Below are positions 1 to 12,376 of a stretch of DNA of 64,000 nucleotides, one piece after another (position 1 is the first letter of the stretch; each line of letters starts with the position of its first letter). This DNA comes from Nageia nagi (Eukaryota; Plantae; Pinophyta), in the NCBI GenBank assembly GCA_050084985.1, contig JBITNC010000001.1, positions 80,786,001 to 80,850,000 of the forward strand. Reading direction: 5' to 3'. The notes under the pieces were generated by a model that was not told the DNA's origin, did not search any database, and saw only the letters and a program-made list of their open reading frames with translations. Made by a program: the position numbers and the translations under genes.

Positions 1-650
1 AACAGAATTAAAAATATCATCAGCTGTAACACGGATAATCTGCCATCCTCATATCTGGGTTTACCCCTTTTTGAAGGTCAGTCCAAATCATCCCACTGGG
101 GCATAGTTGTAGAGAGACTCCATAGGAAAATAGCATCATGGAAAAGCAATTTCCCAAGTCAAGCAGGGAAAATAAAGCTTATTCAATCAACCCTTCAAAG
201 TTTTCCAATCTATATGCTATCCATGTTCAAAATATCAGCCAAAGTGGAGGATAAACTTGAGACTATCTGCAGAAATTTCTTATGGAATGGCATTGAAGAA
301 AGAAAAAGATATCATCTATTGAATTGGGAAACAGTCTGTCTTCCTAAGTCTTATGGTGGATTCAAGTCTCAAGAATTTCAGGATACTCAACAAAGCACTG
401 GCAGCAAATTTAGTATGGAGATTAGCTAATGTAAATGAAGAGCTGTGGGTGAAGGTCATGAGATCTAAATACCTTCAGAATAAGGAGTCGACTTCCATAC
501 TTAGAGATAATAACATAGTCGGAAGCTCAACTGTTTGGAATTATATGCAAGAGGAAATCAATTCTATCAAGAACAAGATTCACTGGAAGGTAGGGAATGG
601 CACCAGAATTGACTTCTGAGAGGATAAATGGCATGGTTTAGGACTCCTTA
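1..650 (+). pseudogene. L1-type LINE ORF2 fragment (post-RT region), frameshifted
   Basis: Frame 1 reads LPSSYLGLPL...KIASWK...AGKIKLIQSTLQSFPIYMLSMFK...RNFLW...LLNWETVCLPKSYGG. It shifts into NKALAANLVWRL...WVKVMRSKY...WKVGNGTRIDF*. These are standard motifs of plant L1 ORF2 downstream of RT. Confidence 0.9.
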
Positions 651-664
651 ACAACCATCAGACC

Positions 665-1310
665 AATCGGATGTTTCCTTTCAATGATGAGATCTCCTCT
701 TCAACTTAGCTCAATTCTTCATTGGGCTGTTTAATATCTTCGATGGACAGCCTTACCAACTCCTGATAAATTGCAATGTTGATGACTCAGAGGTGGAGTA
801 TGGATGGATGTGTCTTAAATTCTTAAAATCTGCTTCCATATTTGCTGTACACTTTGATCTTTTGAGCAGGCCCCTTGAGGTGCTGCATCACAAGCCATGA
901 TTTGTTTTTGTTGGATCTGATTTTTTATTCAAACTGATCTGATGTTTCCTTTGAATCATGGGATTTCTTCCTTGAATGGGCTCAATTTTTCATTGGGCTG
1001 TGGAGAATCTTCCATGGATAGCCTTATCAACTCTTGATATGTTGCAGTGTGGATGACTCAGAGCTGGTGTATGTATGGATGTGTTTTAAACACTTGTTCC
1101 TTATTTTGCTGAATGCTTTGATCTTTTAAGCAGGCCCTTTGCTTTTGTTTTTGTTGGATCTGATTTTTCATTCAAACCAATCTGATATTTTTCTTCAATG
1201 ATGGGATTTCCAACTTGAAGGGGCTCAATTCTTCATTGGGCTATATAGAATCCTTCATGGACAGCCTTATCAATTCCTTATGTTGTATGGACAAAATTAT
1301 CAACTCCTGA
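665..1310. repeat. Diverged tandem repeat, about 2.5 copies of a ~240-270 bp unit
   Basis: CTCAATTYTTCATTGGGCT...ATGGAYAGCCTTAYCAA recurs at ~710, ~980 and ~1225. GATGACTCAGAG occurs in the first two copies. Confidence 0.75.
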
Positions 1311-2734
1311 TGCCGCAAGCCTCATCATCTTCTTAGTGGTTTGGACTCTTGTTAAGCAAGATTTAACCCTATTATAAAAGATAAGTTTTTGTTGTCCAGA
1401 CAGATTTATCAACTTCTTAATAGTGGTGTGAGGTTTTTCTAACGTTCTTACATTTCATATGTAGTATTTGATACATTTTGCCAAGAGAATCTGCGCATGT
1501 TTGTCATAGAAGATATGAAAGGAAAGCGAATATGAATATATTGAATTAACTGCAAGAGAAAATGAAAAAATGTAATGATCAGGATGGAGTTGTATACCAG
1601 AAGCAGTTGAAAGTTTGAAACAGGATTGAGAATTGGAGATTGATATAATGAAGATCATGAAGAACGTAATTGAAGACCCACAGAATTGCAAGTCAGAGAA
1701 TACTTGCATGTCTCAAAGCGAAAGACTTGGTATTAATAAGTTATGGTTAACTATACTGTGAGGGTACAATTCAACACTAATAGGCTTCTCTGTGTAAGTG
1801 CTTGTTGGCATTCATACTGTGCTTTTAAACTATTATGAACTTCTGATGTCAGCCTTGGAGATGAGGCAGTGACCGCCCTTTAATAGCATTGTTGATTGGA
1901 TGAGATCAAGGCCAGTTTGGGTTCTTTTAGTGGAACTTATGCCACCGTTTGATGATTATTCAAAACTAATAGGGCCCATTTCCAGGAAGCACTTTGAAAG
2001 GGCCATGCATGCTATTACTGCTAATAGTCGTATCTGAACTCTGTTGTATTGTTCTATCTTATTTCTAGTTCTCATACTTTCTGCTCCTCTCATTCAAGTT
2101 TATTCATAATTACAAATTTACTTTCATCATTCTCCTAGGAGAATTTCAAACAATTACTGGTTATAAGTCATCTTCTCACATAGGTGTCTTGACAGTAACA
2201 CCATTCAGTAAGAAATTAAGTTCTATATTCTAATTATGTTAGTTGCAATGTTTTCTATGAGAACTTATATAATAGTTATTTCTCAGAGTCTGAAAATTGT
2301 TAATTATTTACGTCACCATTAAGCCTTTGCATCTAGACATGAGAATGCATCGAAACTGCTGTTTCTTCTATTTTTAGGATGCTAACCTCATATATTCTTT
2401 CCATAAGAGTTGAAGTGTGGAATGTATTTCTGTTATGAATAAATATATATAGTACATCTATTTTTGTGCTTGTTATTTTTATTTGTTGAATACCAATAGT
2501 TATTGCCTAACAGGGATGAAAGATTTGCTTAAATATATGAGCCTGTTAGAATAGTTTTTTTCTTGTTGTCTACTTACTGTTATGTACATTTTAAATTCTA
2601 TATGTACATGGATCATGTTGAAGCATATAATAGCTCGATGCAACGCCTTGGAACCTCCTGATAGTTTTTGATATTAGCTGTAGCAAAGTAATGTGACACA
2701 CTACTAAATGTTCTGTTTCTTGGTTCATTTTCAG

Positions 2735-2817
2735 AAGTTTTTAGTGGTCACATGCAACTATGTCGCTCGTCAATTTGGTGTACCAAAGATGGCATCGATT
2801 GAAGAAGCACAGAGGAG
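2735..2817 (+). CDS. POLI: DNA polymerase iota-like gene, exon A (fingers)
   Basis: ttttcag|AAG...AGGAG|gttaga. Encodes KFLVVTCNYVARQFGVPKMASIEEAQR, colinear with the human Pol iota segment KYLVVTCNYEARKLGVKKLMNVRDAKE (recalled). Ends in phase 2. Confidence 0.9.
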
Positions 2818-4239
2818 GTTAGATAGAAAATTAAAGGCCAATCCTCATTTGTTTGTATGCTTTTGATATTCTTATGAAGAGACATTGGGACGAACAATTT
2901 GCATTGGGTAGCTGTTTCTAAAAAATCGTTATGAAATTGATAATGTCTTCAGCTGTAAAAATTCGTGTTTTTTGTTGTATGTTCTTCTTTTCTATTTAGA
3001 ACTAATGGAATCTTTACTTTGAACCTGTTGGGGGCTTTTTCTTTCCTACCTTGCTGATGATCAAATGAACTTGCAAGGCTTATGGGAAGACTCCGACACC
3101 TGAGTGGCAGGGCGTTACCCCTACTTGCTATGAGGACTTTACCTCAAAGGTTTGGAAATGGAGGGTGCAAGGGTTCACTCAGGCGAAAGGGTGGAGATGT
3201 TTAAAGCTGTAGCCAACTCAAAATATAATTTTGTTAATCAAGGACTCGAAAGTTTTCTAATCCAAGTACAACTGTTTCTAAAAAAAAAGGGAAAATAAAA
3301 CAAAGAGTCTGTTGCGAAAGCCGCGCAAAGAAAATGAAAAAGAAAGAAAAGATGTGAAAAGACAATGATATATGAATTGGGCTCTCAGGCTAAGTTTTCA
3401 CCGATTAATATGATTTTCTGAAATCGAACTTGTGGGAATTTGATATAAGTTCCATGCACATTGATTCCAGCTCGAAAGGCGACGACACGAACATCTTGAC
3501 GAGAGGAGCTTGGTGCTAAGGCAATGAAAGAAAGGTGAGGTGTGGGTAAGACTCAATCTTGGGGTGAAGTTCTTATGCTAAACAGCATACCAAGTCATCT
3601 TAGAAACACATTAATCCTAAGTGCAAACTATGAAACATCACAATGAAACACTTCTTGAACTATTTCCAAAAGATATGCAAGCATTCTTTTATCCACCCAT
3701 TAGGTTTATAAAATGATCCAAATATTCAAGATAGCATTCACATGTAATACTCATTCACATTCATAGTCTCCAATGAAAACAACTCACTTCAATTACTTGA
3801 GATAATATCACAATTGCGAAAAGGAAAAATTTGTAAGTTTTAGAATATTATTTTAAGTAGTCCCAGTTGCAAAAAATGTCTGATCCTTACAAATGAGCCC
3901 AAATGGGCTATATATAGTTTTTGAGCAACCCAAAGTGTTGCCTTAACCCTAATTACGATTTCCAAGAAAATCAAATATGCTTCAACAAAAACATGCCACA
4001 TGGCATCATAAGATATCCTCCAAGTTTGTGGGAGCAAATCCTCATCCATCACAAACTTGGGAATTTATTAACAATAAATTAAAGTCTCCAAAAATAACCA
4101 TGAAATAAATAGTAAATAAAAGACAACAAATGCTGTGACTAGACGGTTGGTGGGCCCAACACCTCCACACGTCCCTCAAAGTCATCGTCCAAGAATGTGG
4201 CTGTGAGCTCCAATCCATGTAACATTTCTGACAGCTTCG

Positions 4240-7200
4240 GCCCATTCTCCTTCACACTACGCTCTACCTTGTTGACGATCCTCATCATGTCCTCCTATGC
4301 GTGGGCTTTGAGCAAATGCTCTAAGTGACTACCTGTTTGGAAAGTATTAATATTCTTGGTCATGATGAGACTATGAAGGAAATGTCTCACTTCCGCCACT
4401 ACAAGGTTTTTATCACGGATGCTTGCATCGTCATCAAGGAACTTCACCTGAAACTCCATCTGCTCAAGACAAGTGTTTGCCTTGTCATTGAGCTTTTGAA
4501 CATCCTTTTGCATCTCTTGGAATCGGGTGGTTATCTGGTTAACTACCCCCAATTAGAACCAATATTCCTCACAGAACTTTATATCTTCCCATCTTTGATT
4601 TTGTATCATCTCGAACTGCATGATCATGGGCCGCCTAGAATCCAGGATCCGAAGGAAATTGGTTCTCTCCATGATGATGTGCTTGAGCTTTTGTTCTTTG
4701 AATGCTATCCTCTCTAGTGCTTCCACGAATTGCTACATTGCCACCAAGACCTCATCTATATGCTTCTGCTTTAATGCAATCATACCCTCCTTTAGCGGTT
4801 TGATCTTTCGGAGCTCTTCAGTGGGTACCTTAGCCGATTCCAATTCCTTGGTCAATTTCCTTTGTGCGGCTAGCTCCTTCTTTAGGCCTTTGATCTCCTT
4901 ATCTTTTATCATACCATCTTTGGTGATGGCCTCAGCGTTGGAGATGATTGCATGTTTCCGACTAGCCATACCAATCGGACCTGTATTGATGATTTGGTTA
5001 ATTTGTTGGAGGTCTTCGGGACATTGTGGATTCTCCTTATAAGCTATAATGGTCTTGATGGTATAGCGTTCTTAGCTAAGTGCACATATGTTTGGGTTTT
5101 CCCTAGACGAGTGGAGCTTTCTCCAACCTAGTCGTTTTTCTCTTCCACCCCAAATTCTCCCTCGACATCCATATTAAACACATCTAAAAATTCCTCCATA
5201 TTGACACCCCACTCATTCGTGGATGATGGTTGATATGTCTCTACAACTGCCTCTGGAATAGTAACAACATTCTTATTTACTCTTCTTGAGGGTCTCTCTT
5301 CTCCTTGCTCAGCATGCTCACTTGAGGCTCTTGTAGCTCGTGATTATGGGGTTCACTTTAATCGGGCCTTCTTCTGCACTGTCTCGGATATTGGCTCCTT
5401 GTGCTTCTTAGTAAATGGCTCTGTCGTTGTTGCCTTATGGGTTTTTGCCAATATCTCTACAGATTCATCTTTTTGCTGTGCATCTGGCATTTCTTCATCC
5501 TGGATTGCATTCTCTTCTTGTTCTTCTTTTGATGCTCCAATCTCCCCTTCCTCTTGATTTTCATCAGGCTTATATGAGGGGTTGGAGGGTGATGATCCGG
5601 ATGGTGGAACAACTGGTGACCTCTTGATTGTTGTGTTCCAAGGTGGTCTTGAAGATGGAGAAGGATCTTTGTGCTTGTTTCTCACGCATCTCACCACCTT
5701 GTTTGTAGCCACTCGCTCTAGTTCCCTTGCATCATGCTCATCCATGGTGGCTTGCACTTGTTGCACAACTTGTTTGACTGGCCTTTTGCCCGCATGGATG
5801 CATACTATCCAACTGGTGTCTTAACGATTGGAGGGAACTTTGTGACTCTGGAAGTAGACTCCTGAGGTTTTCTTTGCTTGTGCTGCGAGAGTCTTTTACT
5901 GATAATAGCTTCAACACGATGTTGCTGGTCATTTGCATCCTTGTGTACCCTTTCCCTTATCTTTTTCATCTCTATCTCATTGCTGATATTTCGAAAAGGC
6001 TCCTCGTCTACAAGTGACTTATGTTTATAAGGTTTCTTCCTTTCCTTCATGAAGAATGAGTGCATTCTATGATCCAGATCATAATTGTTGGCAATAGGCA
6101 TCTTCTTGAAATTGAATTTGGCTAACTCTTCTTTCATGGTTTCCACATCCGTCCAAAACTTGCATTGATATTCTCCTACAACAATTGGCAAATTGGAGGT
6201 AGCCGATTTCTTCTGCCATACCTGCTCATGTAGAAAGGCCAACTGCCTCATCATTTCCATTAATAGCATCCTGTTACTCACGAACCTTGGCAATTGATAG
6301 GGCTGGACAGCTTATCCGTGTATACGAATATAGGAATAGTGTTGGTGATGGAGGAAGAAGTCCCCATGCTTCTTCAAAGCATCTTAGGTTGAATTGGAGA
6401 TCCTAGCAACCGTGATTTCTCCCTTAAGTTCTTTGTATATTTCATACTCCCATCCATCATTTTTCATTACAAAACTATCCCATCTCCTTTCCAACTTTCA
6501 TTTGGGGTAGCACTTCCAAATGGAATATGTCCCTTTTTCTATCCAAGCCGTCTCACCTTGAGCTGTATCTCTATACTTGTGTGAAGCAACATGTACACGA
6601 GGTATGAATTGAGGTAGAATTTGCGAGTGGTACCCAAGGATGACAACTGATCTTCTATGGAGTCGCTTAACACCTTGCTTCATTTAATTCTCCTCCCTCT
6701 GGCGATCTCTAGGATTAACCCAAAGAACTCTTTCCTAAACTTTGAGGCGTCTTCCTTCCCAAGGATTCTAGACAACAAGAGAATCATCAACTCTACTGCA
6801 AGATAGAAGTTGGAGCGAGGAGCATTGATAAGTGCACTTCCTTTCAATCCGTGATGCTCCTCCAACATCCAGCTCTTGATAGCGGTAGCTGCTTTGGGGG
6901 TCTTTTGGTAACAATCTAATGATTTAGCCTCGCTATACTCGACTTCTCCCTCAGCGGTCCATTGAAATGCTACTTTGATGGCATTCAAGCTGAAATCCAT
7001 TATGATGTCTCCTTTGATACCTCGAAGGACTCGCTCCCCTTTTGCCAATGGTGGTCGATCTCCATGCATGATTCAGGAAATGGAGCTGTGAATGGGACTA
7101 ATGTGCAAGTGGAGAGTTCGGAGAAGAAGACGATATCCTGCTTCAAGTCGGTGATAGAAAGACCGTGAGTGCCTTCCCTCATCTGCGTAGGATCAACATT

Positions 7201-7363
7201 TTGCCAATCTATATCTCCGATGGTTGCAAAACCGTTTCTCGAGAATTTAGCCCCTTGGGGAAGGGCTTGTTGTCTTTCACGAATGGAGATGACACAATCT
7301 TGTTTTAAACCGCTCAAGATCCCTAGTGAAGTCTGAAGCCAAATTACCCTTAGAAGAAGTCAT
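4240..7363 (-). pseudogene. Disrupted ~1000-codon accessory ORF inside the giant LTR
   Basis: Chain of minus-strand ORF pieces: 7000-7317, 6680-7069, 5805-6293, 5353-5766, 4733-4969, 4295-4552. Conserved N-terminal part, acidic/Pro-rich linker, K/E-rich coiled-coil-like C-terminus. Clearly homologous to the ORF at 40830-44200. End points approximate. Confidence 0.75.
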
Positions 7364-7585
7364 GATGTTCTTACTAGTAGCAGGGCTCCTCAAGAGTGCT
7401 GCGTGGGTTTCCAGGTAAAGATGACACCCACATTGGAGGTTCTTGCCTCCCAAATGCTTGCGCAAGCCCTAAGGTGGATAAATGATGATGTTTGAGCACA
7501 AAAATTTGCAATTTGCTGCTATCCTGGTGCAAAAGTAGAAGAGGAGCAAGTTTTGAGTTTGAGAAAATGAGGTCCTCAAGCTTGT

Positions 7586-7592
7586 ATTTATA
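7586..7592 (-). promoter_or_regulatory. Candidate TATA box (TATAAAT) upstream of the LTR-borne ORF
   Basis: ATTTATA on the + strand. The same motif sits at the equivalent position (44572-44578) in the paralogous unit. Confidence 0.45.
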
Positions 7593-7745
7593 GCTCATTT
7601 GGCGTACAGCTTGCCCTAGTTGGCTAGGGTTACTGACATAACTCATTATAGTGCTCCACTTGGTCGACCTCGAGATGTGTGCCTACCCAAAAACTCATAC
7701 CAAGCTACCTATGCCCGAACGTTTGGGTTTTAATACTCAACCTGG

Positions 7746-8647
7746 CTTGGTGCATGGGAAAAAAAGACAAGAAGGTGACTTTTTGAACCATGCGCCAGCC
7801 TTTGGAGCTTGTATGCTTCCAACGTTGGGTATCTTGCCTTGATCGCCTAACTCACCTAGTAACCTGATTTTTCCTGATTCTTGGTCTTTTAGTTGGCTGA
7901 ACTTGTCAATTTTGGTGTTTCATCTCAACCCGAGCAACCTGTGGACTTGCTTGCCCATCTAGCTTGGTCGCATGGTTTAAAAAGACAATTTTTTGTCTTT
8001 TGAAGCATGCGCCAACCTCTTGTTGGCCTATTTTTCGAAATTTGATTTTCAAGTGCACATGCCTTAGCCAAATTTTCATGTTTCTCGAATCCTAGAGGCT
8101 CCATGGGCTTGGCGCATGTCTCAAAAAGTCAAGATTTTGTCTTGTGAGACCATGTGCCAACCCCTCTGGGTATACTTGAGTTAGTTTTGAGTTTCGGGGT
8201 CCGGGACATGTCAAATTTTCACCTTTGTTCAAACTGGCAGCCTTCCTAGGCTTGGCGCATGGTCCAAAAAAGCAAGATTTTGTCTTTTTGAAGCATGCGC
8301 CAGCCTCTTGGGTGGCTCATGGTCATTTTCCAACCCCCGAACTTGCTCAACTTGCCTTCTTGACCAAATTGCATGGTTCAAAAAGACAAGATTTTGTCTT
8401 TTCAAACCATGTGTCAGCCCTATAGTGCCTTTGACTTAGAATTTTCATGTTCACTTTTGCTCCACTCCGCTCCCTGTGTTTGGCGCATGCCCAAGAAAGA
8501 CAAGATTTTGTCTTCTGGAGGCATGCGTTGGGCTTGCAAGTGCCCAGATTCTGTCCTTGAGCCTTTCCTTCTGTTTGGACGACCCCCAAGCCCAATCGCA
8601 TGGTTCAAAAAGACAAGTTTTTTGTCTTTTTGAAGCATGCGCCAGCC
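7746..8647. repeat. Array of 7 interspaced ~50-bp palindromic repeats
   Basis: Consensus GGCGCATGGTTCAAAAAGACAA-GATT-TTGTCTTTTTGAAGCATGCGCC at ~7746, 7962, 8108, 8250, 8370, 8480 and 8596, separated by dissimilar spacers. Confidence 0.9.
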
Positions 8648-9237
8648 CTTGGAGAGGCCCAGTTTGCTTTGATCGGGCTCCGACTTTTCCTAGACTCCCT
8701 AGTTCACCTAAGATTGACTTTTACCCTTCCCAAACTTAGCCCTTTTTAAAGATTTTGGAAATCTTGTCTTGACGTAACTAACCCTAGACGAAGGAAGAGC
8801 CTTGAACTACAAGGAGTTGTCCATGAATCTGGGTGTTTGAGACGCAACTTGGGTGGGATTGATGATGACAAAACGAAGTATATAAATTGACGCATTGAGG
8901 GTCCCCAAAATCGCAGGATTTCGCGGGATGTTGTGTTTCAGTCACAACAGAACCAATATGTATAGGCCGCTGTTCATTTTCCAAAACATAAATCGATTAG
9001 ATATCTCATGAGGAACATCCCTATTTTTGAAATTCGTGTTTTTTGTTTCTTCCCTTTTTCATGTAACTTTTATTTTTCTGAAGAAAATTTGCTTGGTATG
9101 TGGTTAAATATGCAACTTATCATACTATATAAGTTAAACATGGAACTTATTAAGTTGTTGAATATGGATACGATCAGTCTCTATAGATGCATGGTTAGGA
9201 GGGATTTTAGAGTTCCTGAGGGGAATTGATAATTTAG

Positions 9238-9765
9238 ATGGTTTTTCGACCTGACAAGAGTTCCAAGATATCCAAGTGCTGATGGTACAACATTCAAGGA
9301 TTTTGTTCTTGAAAACAGGTTTTCTTATCACTATATGCACCAATGACAGTGTTCTACAGATGGTTTTTTGACCTGAAAAGAGTTGCAAGATATTGAAGTG
9401 CTGATGATACAGCATTCAAGCATTTTGTTCTTGAAAACAGGTTTTCTTATCACTATATTCACCAATGACAGTGTTGTACGGATGGAATTAGAGAGTGGGA
9501 AAGTTTTATTGATCATACCATTCTCTTAGTTGAATTTAATTGCATAAAAGTGGCAAGTAAGAATAAAGTAAATAGGTCAACCTTGTTTCATTTATTGGAC
9601 TACAAGCCAAAGGTGTGAAAGTTTGGCACTTGAAAGTTTATTGATCGTACCATTCTTTTAGTTGAATTTATTTGCATAAAAGTGATTAGTAATAATAAAT
9701 TAAAGAGGCTAGCTCGTTTCATTTATTGGACTACAATTCAAAAGGTGTGGAAGTTTGGAATTTAA
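9238..9765. repeat. Two adjacent local tandem duplications (~122 bp x2 and ~133 bp x2)
   Basis: ATTTTGTTCTTGAAAACAGGTTTTCTTATCACTATAT at ~9300 and ~9422. TTTATTGATCRTACCATTCT at ~9506 and ~9637. Confidence 0.85.
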
Positions 9766-10963
9766 AAGGAAAACCAGAAGGTCTAGTTTGAGGTGTTTGT
9801 CATGTGTATATTTGAATCTTATGCAATATTTGTTAGGAAATTCCTTTTGTGGCAAGAGCAGATTGTATATCTTAAGATAGTTTTATATCTTGTCATGTCC
9901 TTGTATATTTTTATCTCGAGCAATATCTGTTAAAAGACTTTAATTTTGTGAGAAGATTAGACTACGTTTCTTGAGTAGACTGTATTTTGATCGAATTGTG
10001 GCAAAGGTTCATGGAAAAAGCATCTCCAATTTAAAAGATCTAATGCCTTTGCAAGCATTTTCCTTATCGTCAAATTGATTCTTCTATTGAAGCAGGCAGA
10101 ACATATGCAGGATTAAGTAAAACAATGTTTTCCTTGTTGGGAATCTTTATGAAGCAGCTTGTGTTTCCTTACTTTCTTGCATGATGAACTCCTTGTACAA
10201 TACATATTGAGGAAACATATGGCAATCGTGGAATTTGGTCTCCATTCCTTTCGATGAACATCATTTCAAACCCCTTGGCCGTCATTTATGTAATGTGGAA
10301 GGTTTGGGTGCCATCAGGTGTAGCGTGAGAGATGAAAGCATGGTGCCTATTGCTTTTTTGGAATTGAAGATGGTGATGACACTCGTTCAGGTGCCGTTGG
10401 GTGCACCAATACAGGTGTCTTGTGCCTTACTGTTGATTGTGTGTTTAATCAAAGCTAGATCACCTATTTATTATTGCTTAATTTGAGTCTAGGCTTGATA
10501 GATACAGTAGTTGACCTGGAGGATGTAGCAGGTTGATAGGTAAACGTGACACCTTTATCCTTCACCAAAGCATATATATCCAGTAGAAGACACCCATTAA
10601 GTTTGACATCATAGAATTTGACCAATCAGGGTTGGCAATTGTAGAAGAATTAGGTGAAATTTAGCAAACAATGCATGTCAACAAAGAGTGGTGAAATGAA
10701 ACAAGTTTGGGATTCTTTGTCCTGTCATAAAATACATGGAATAAATATTCAGATGCATGCAATTCTATTGTCTGATTAGTGTACTTGGTACTTAGTTTTT
10801 CCATATTATTGCTCAAATTCTGGAGACCATAGTTTTTGCATACAAAAGTGTTTTGAACCCCTTTTTTCTAATCACACATTTTTCTGAGCTCCTCGCAGCA
10901 GTGCTCCTTTTTTTTTTAAGGAAATGATACTCGCAGCAGTGGTCCTTTTTTCTGGGATGTTGA

Positions 10964-11460
10964 ATAAGTCGAATTTGCAACTATCTCAAGTGAAAGTGTA
11001 AAGTGAGAATAACCCCATTGCACATCACTTATGGTAGGTTGTTGAGAATGACAAACCTACAAATTGTGAGAATTAGAAAGAATGGGATGAGAAGTTGAAT
11101 TGGGATTTTGGTATTGTAGCAAGGGGCAACTTTAAGGGATCTTTAACACCTTTGTGAAGAAGCAAAGAATGCTAGTCAGATTTGGGTAAATATGGAAGAA
11201 ATTCTTGAGTGGATAAGTCCAATTTGCAACTATCTCAAGTGAAAGTTTAAAGTGAGAACACCCCTTTTGCACATCACTTATGGCAGGTTGTTGAGAATGA
11301 CAAACCTACGAATTGTGGGAATCAGAAAGAATGCGATGAGAAGTTGAATTGGGATTTTGGTATTGTTGCAAGGGGAAACATTAAAGGATCTTTAACACCT
11401 TTGCAAAGAATCAAAGAATGCTAGTCAGCTTTGGGTAAATATGGAAGAAATTCTTGAGTG
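10964..11460. repeat. Tandem duplication of ~249 bp
   Basis: AATTTGCAACTATCTCAAGTGAAAGT...GAAGAAATTCTTGAGTG is present twice (~10964-11211 and ~11213-11460). Confidence 0.9.
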
Positions 11461-12376
11461 TCTAATCATGGCAATGGTTATTAGGCTTAAAAGAGACATC
11501 TTTTATTTTATAGACATAGATTTTGATTTGTTAGAGAGCTGCTTCATAGGAATCATCAGTCATAGGAGTGTACATTGCTTGTGTGAAAAGGAAGCCAAGA
11601 GCCCTTCATTTTAGGAACTCTATGGGATGTTGATTAAGCACAAGAGATCATGGGAGTTGTAGGCTTCCTATTAAAAGAGTGGAGGCTTATGCATTCAAGT
11701 TAAGAATTACCAATCATAGCCTTCTATATCGTCATTCAAATAGAGCAGGGTGCTTGAGAAGAAGCTTGTTGAATACATCACTTGGAGTCTTCTAAGGGGA
11801 CATACATTGCAAGTAATTTGAGGCCGTGTTTTAAAATGCATGTATAATCGTGCCAAATCGTTGGATAATTGCTAGATCACCATCAATTGCACAGTCACCC
11901 AAAAAATTGGAATCTTCAAGAATATTCCTTTTTTTTTTTTGGAAAATCATGCATAACAAATCGACGATTATTCAGGCGGACTTGAAAAATTGTCTAAAAT
12001 CAGTTTAATGTGCCAAAAAAATTATAAATTAGCACATGGGGCGCCTTTCTAGTCACACTCCAGTCCAAGTTTGAAGAGTGCTAGGTAGATGAGAGTGTGC
12101 ATAACAGTCTTGAAAGTCTTCATTGCAGTTGTGAGTGTTCTTGCTAAGGTTGTAGGAGGCTTGGAGCAAGAGTTGACAAAAATATTCCTAGCCAGCTCAT
12201 TGAAAGAGACTTCCATCCGACTTCTACAAAGTTGAAGGTCCATCTACCAGCTGAAGGTTTATCTTTACTTTCCGGCCCTTTGTTTATAGTCTATTATTTT
12301 ACCTGTTCCAAGTATAGTGCCATTAGTTTGTTTATTTTTCATGTAATCACTTAGTCTAGAGTCTTTTGAACAGTTA

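Larger units (their letters stand above)
3026..8949 (-). mobile_element. 5.9-kb giant solo-LTR-like unit with internal ORF (Gypsy/Tat-related)
   Basis: Begins TGTTG and ends CAACA, with a perfect 5-bp TSD GAACC (3021-3025 and 8950-8954). No gag/RT/INT motifs and no internal pair of LTRs. Confidence 0.8.

Noticed and set aside
1320-2734. Upstream exon with the DxDxFY catalytic motif
   Set aside because: Not found by eye in this interval; presumed to lie before the window.
4240-7363. env gene or captured host gene
   Set aside because: No evident signal peptide or transmembrane segment. The paralogue sits in the same TE architecture, so it is treated as a TE accessory ORF.
7746-8647. CRISPR-like look of palindromic repeats with unique spacers (also 44325-45875)
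   Set aside because: Eukaryotic intron/LTR context, degenerate repeats, very uneven spacer lengths and no cas genes.
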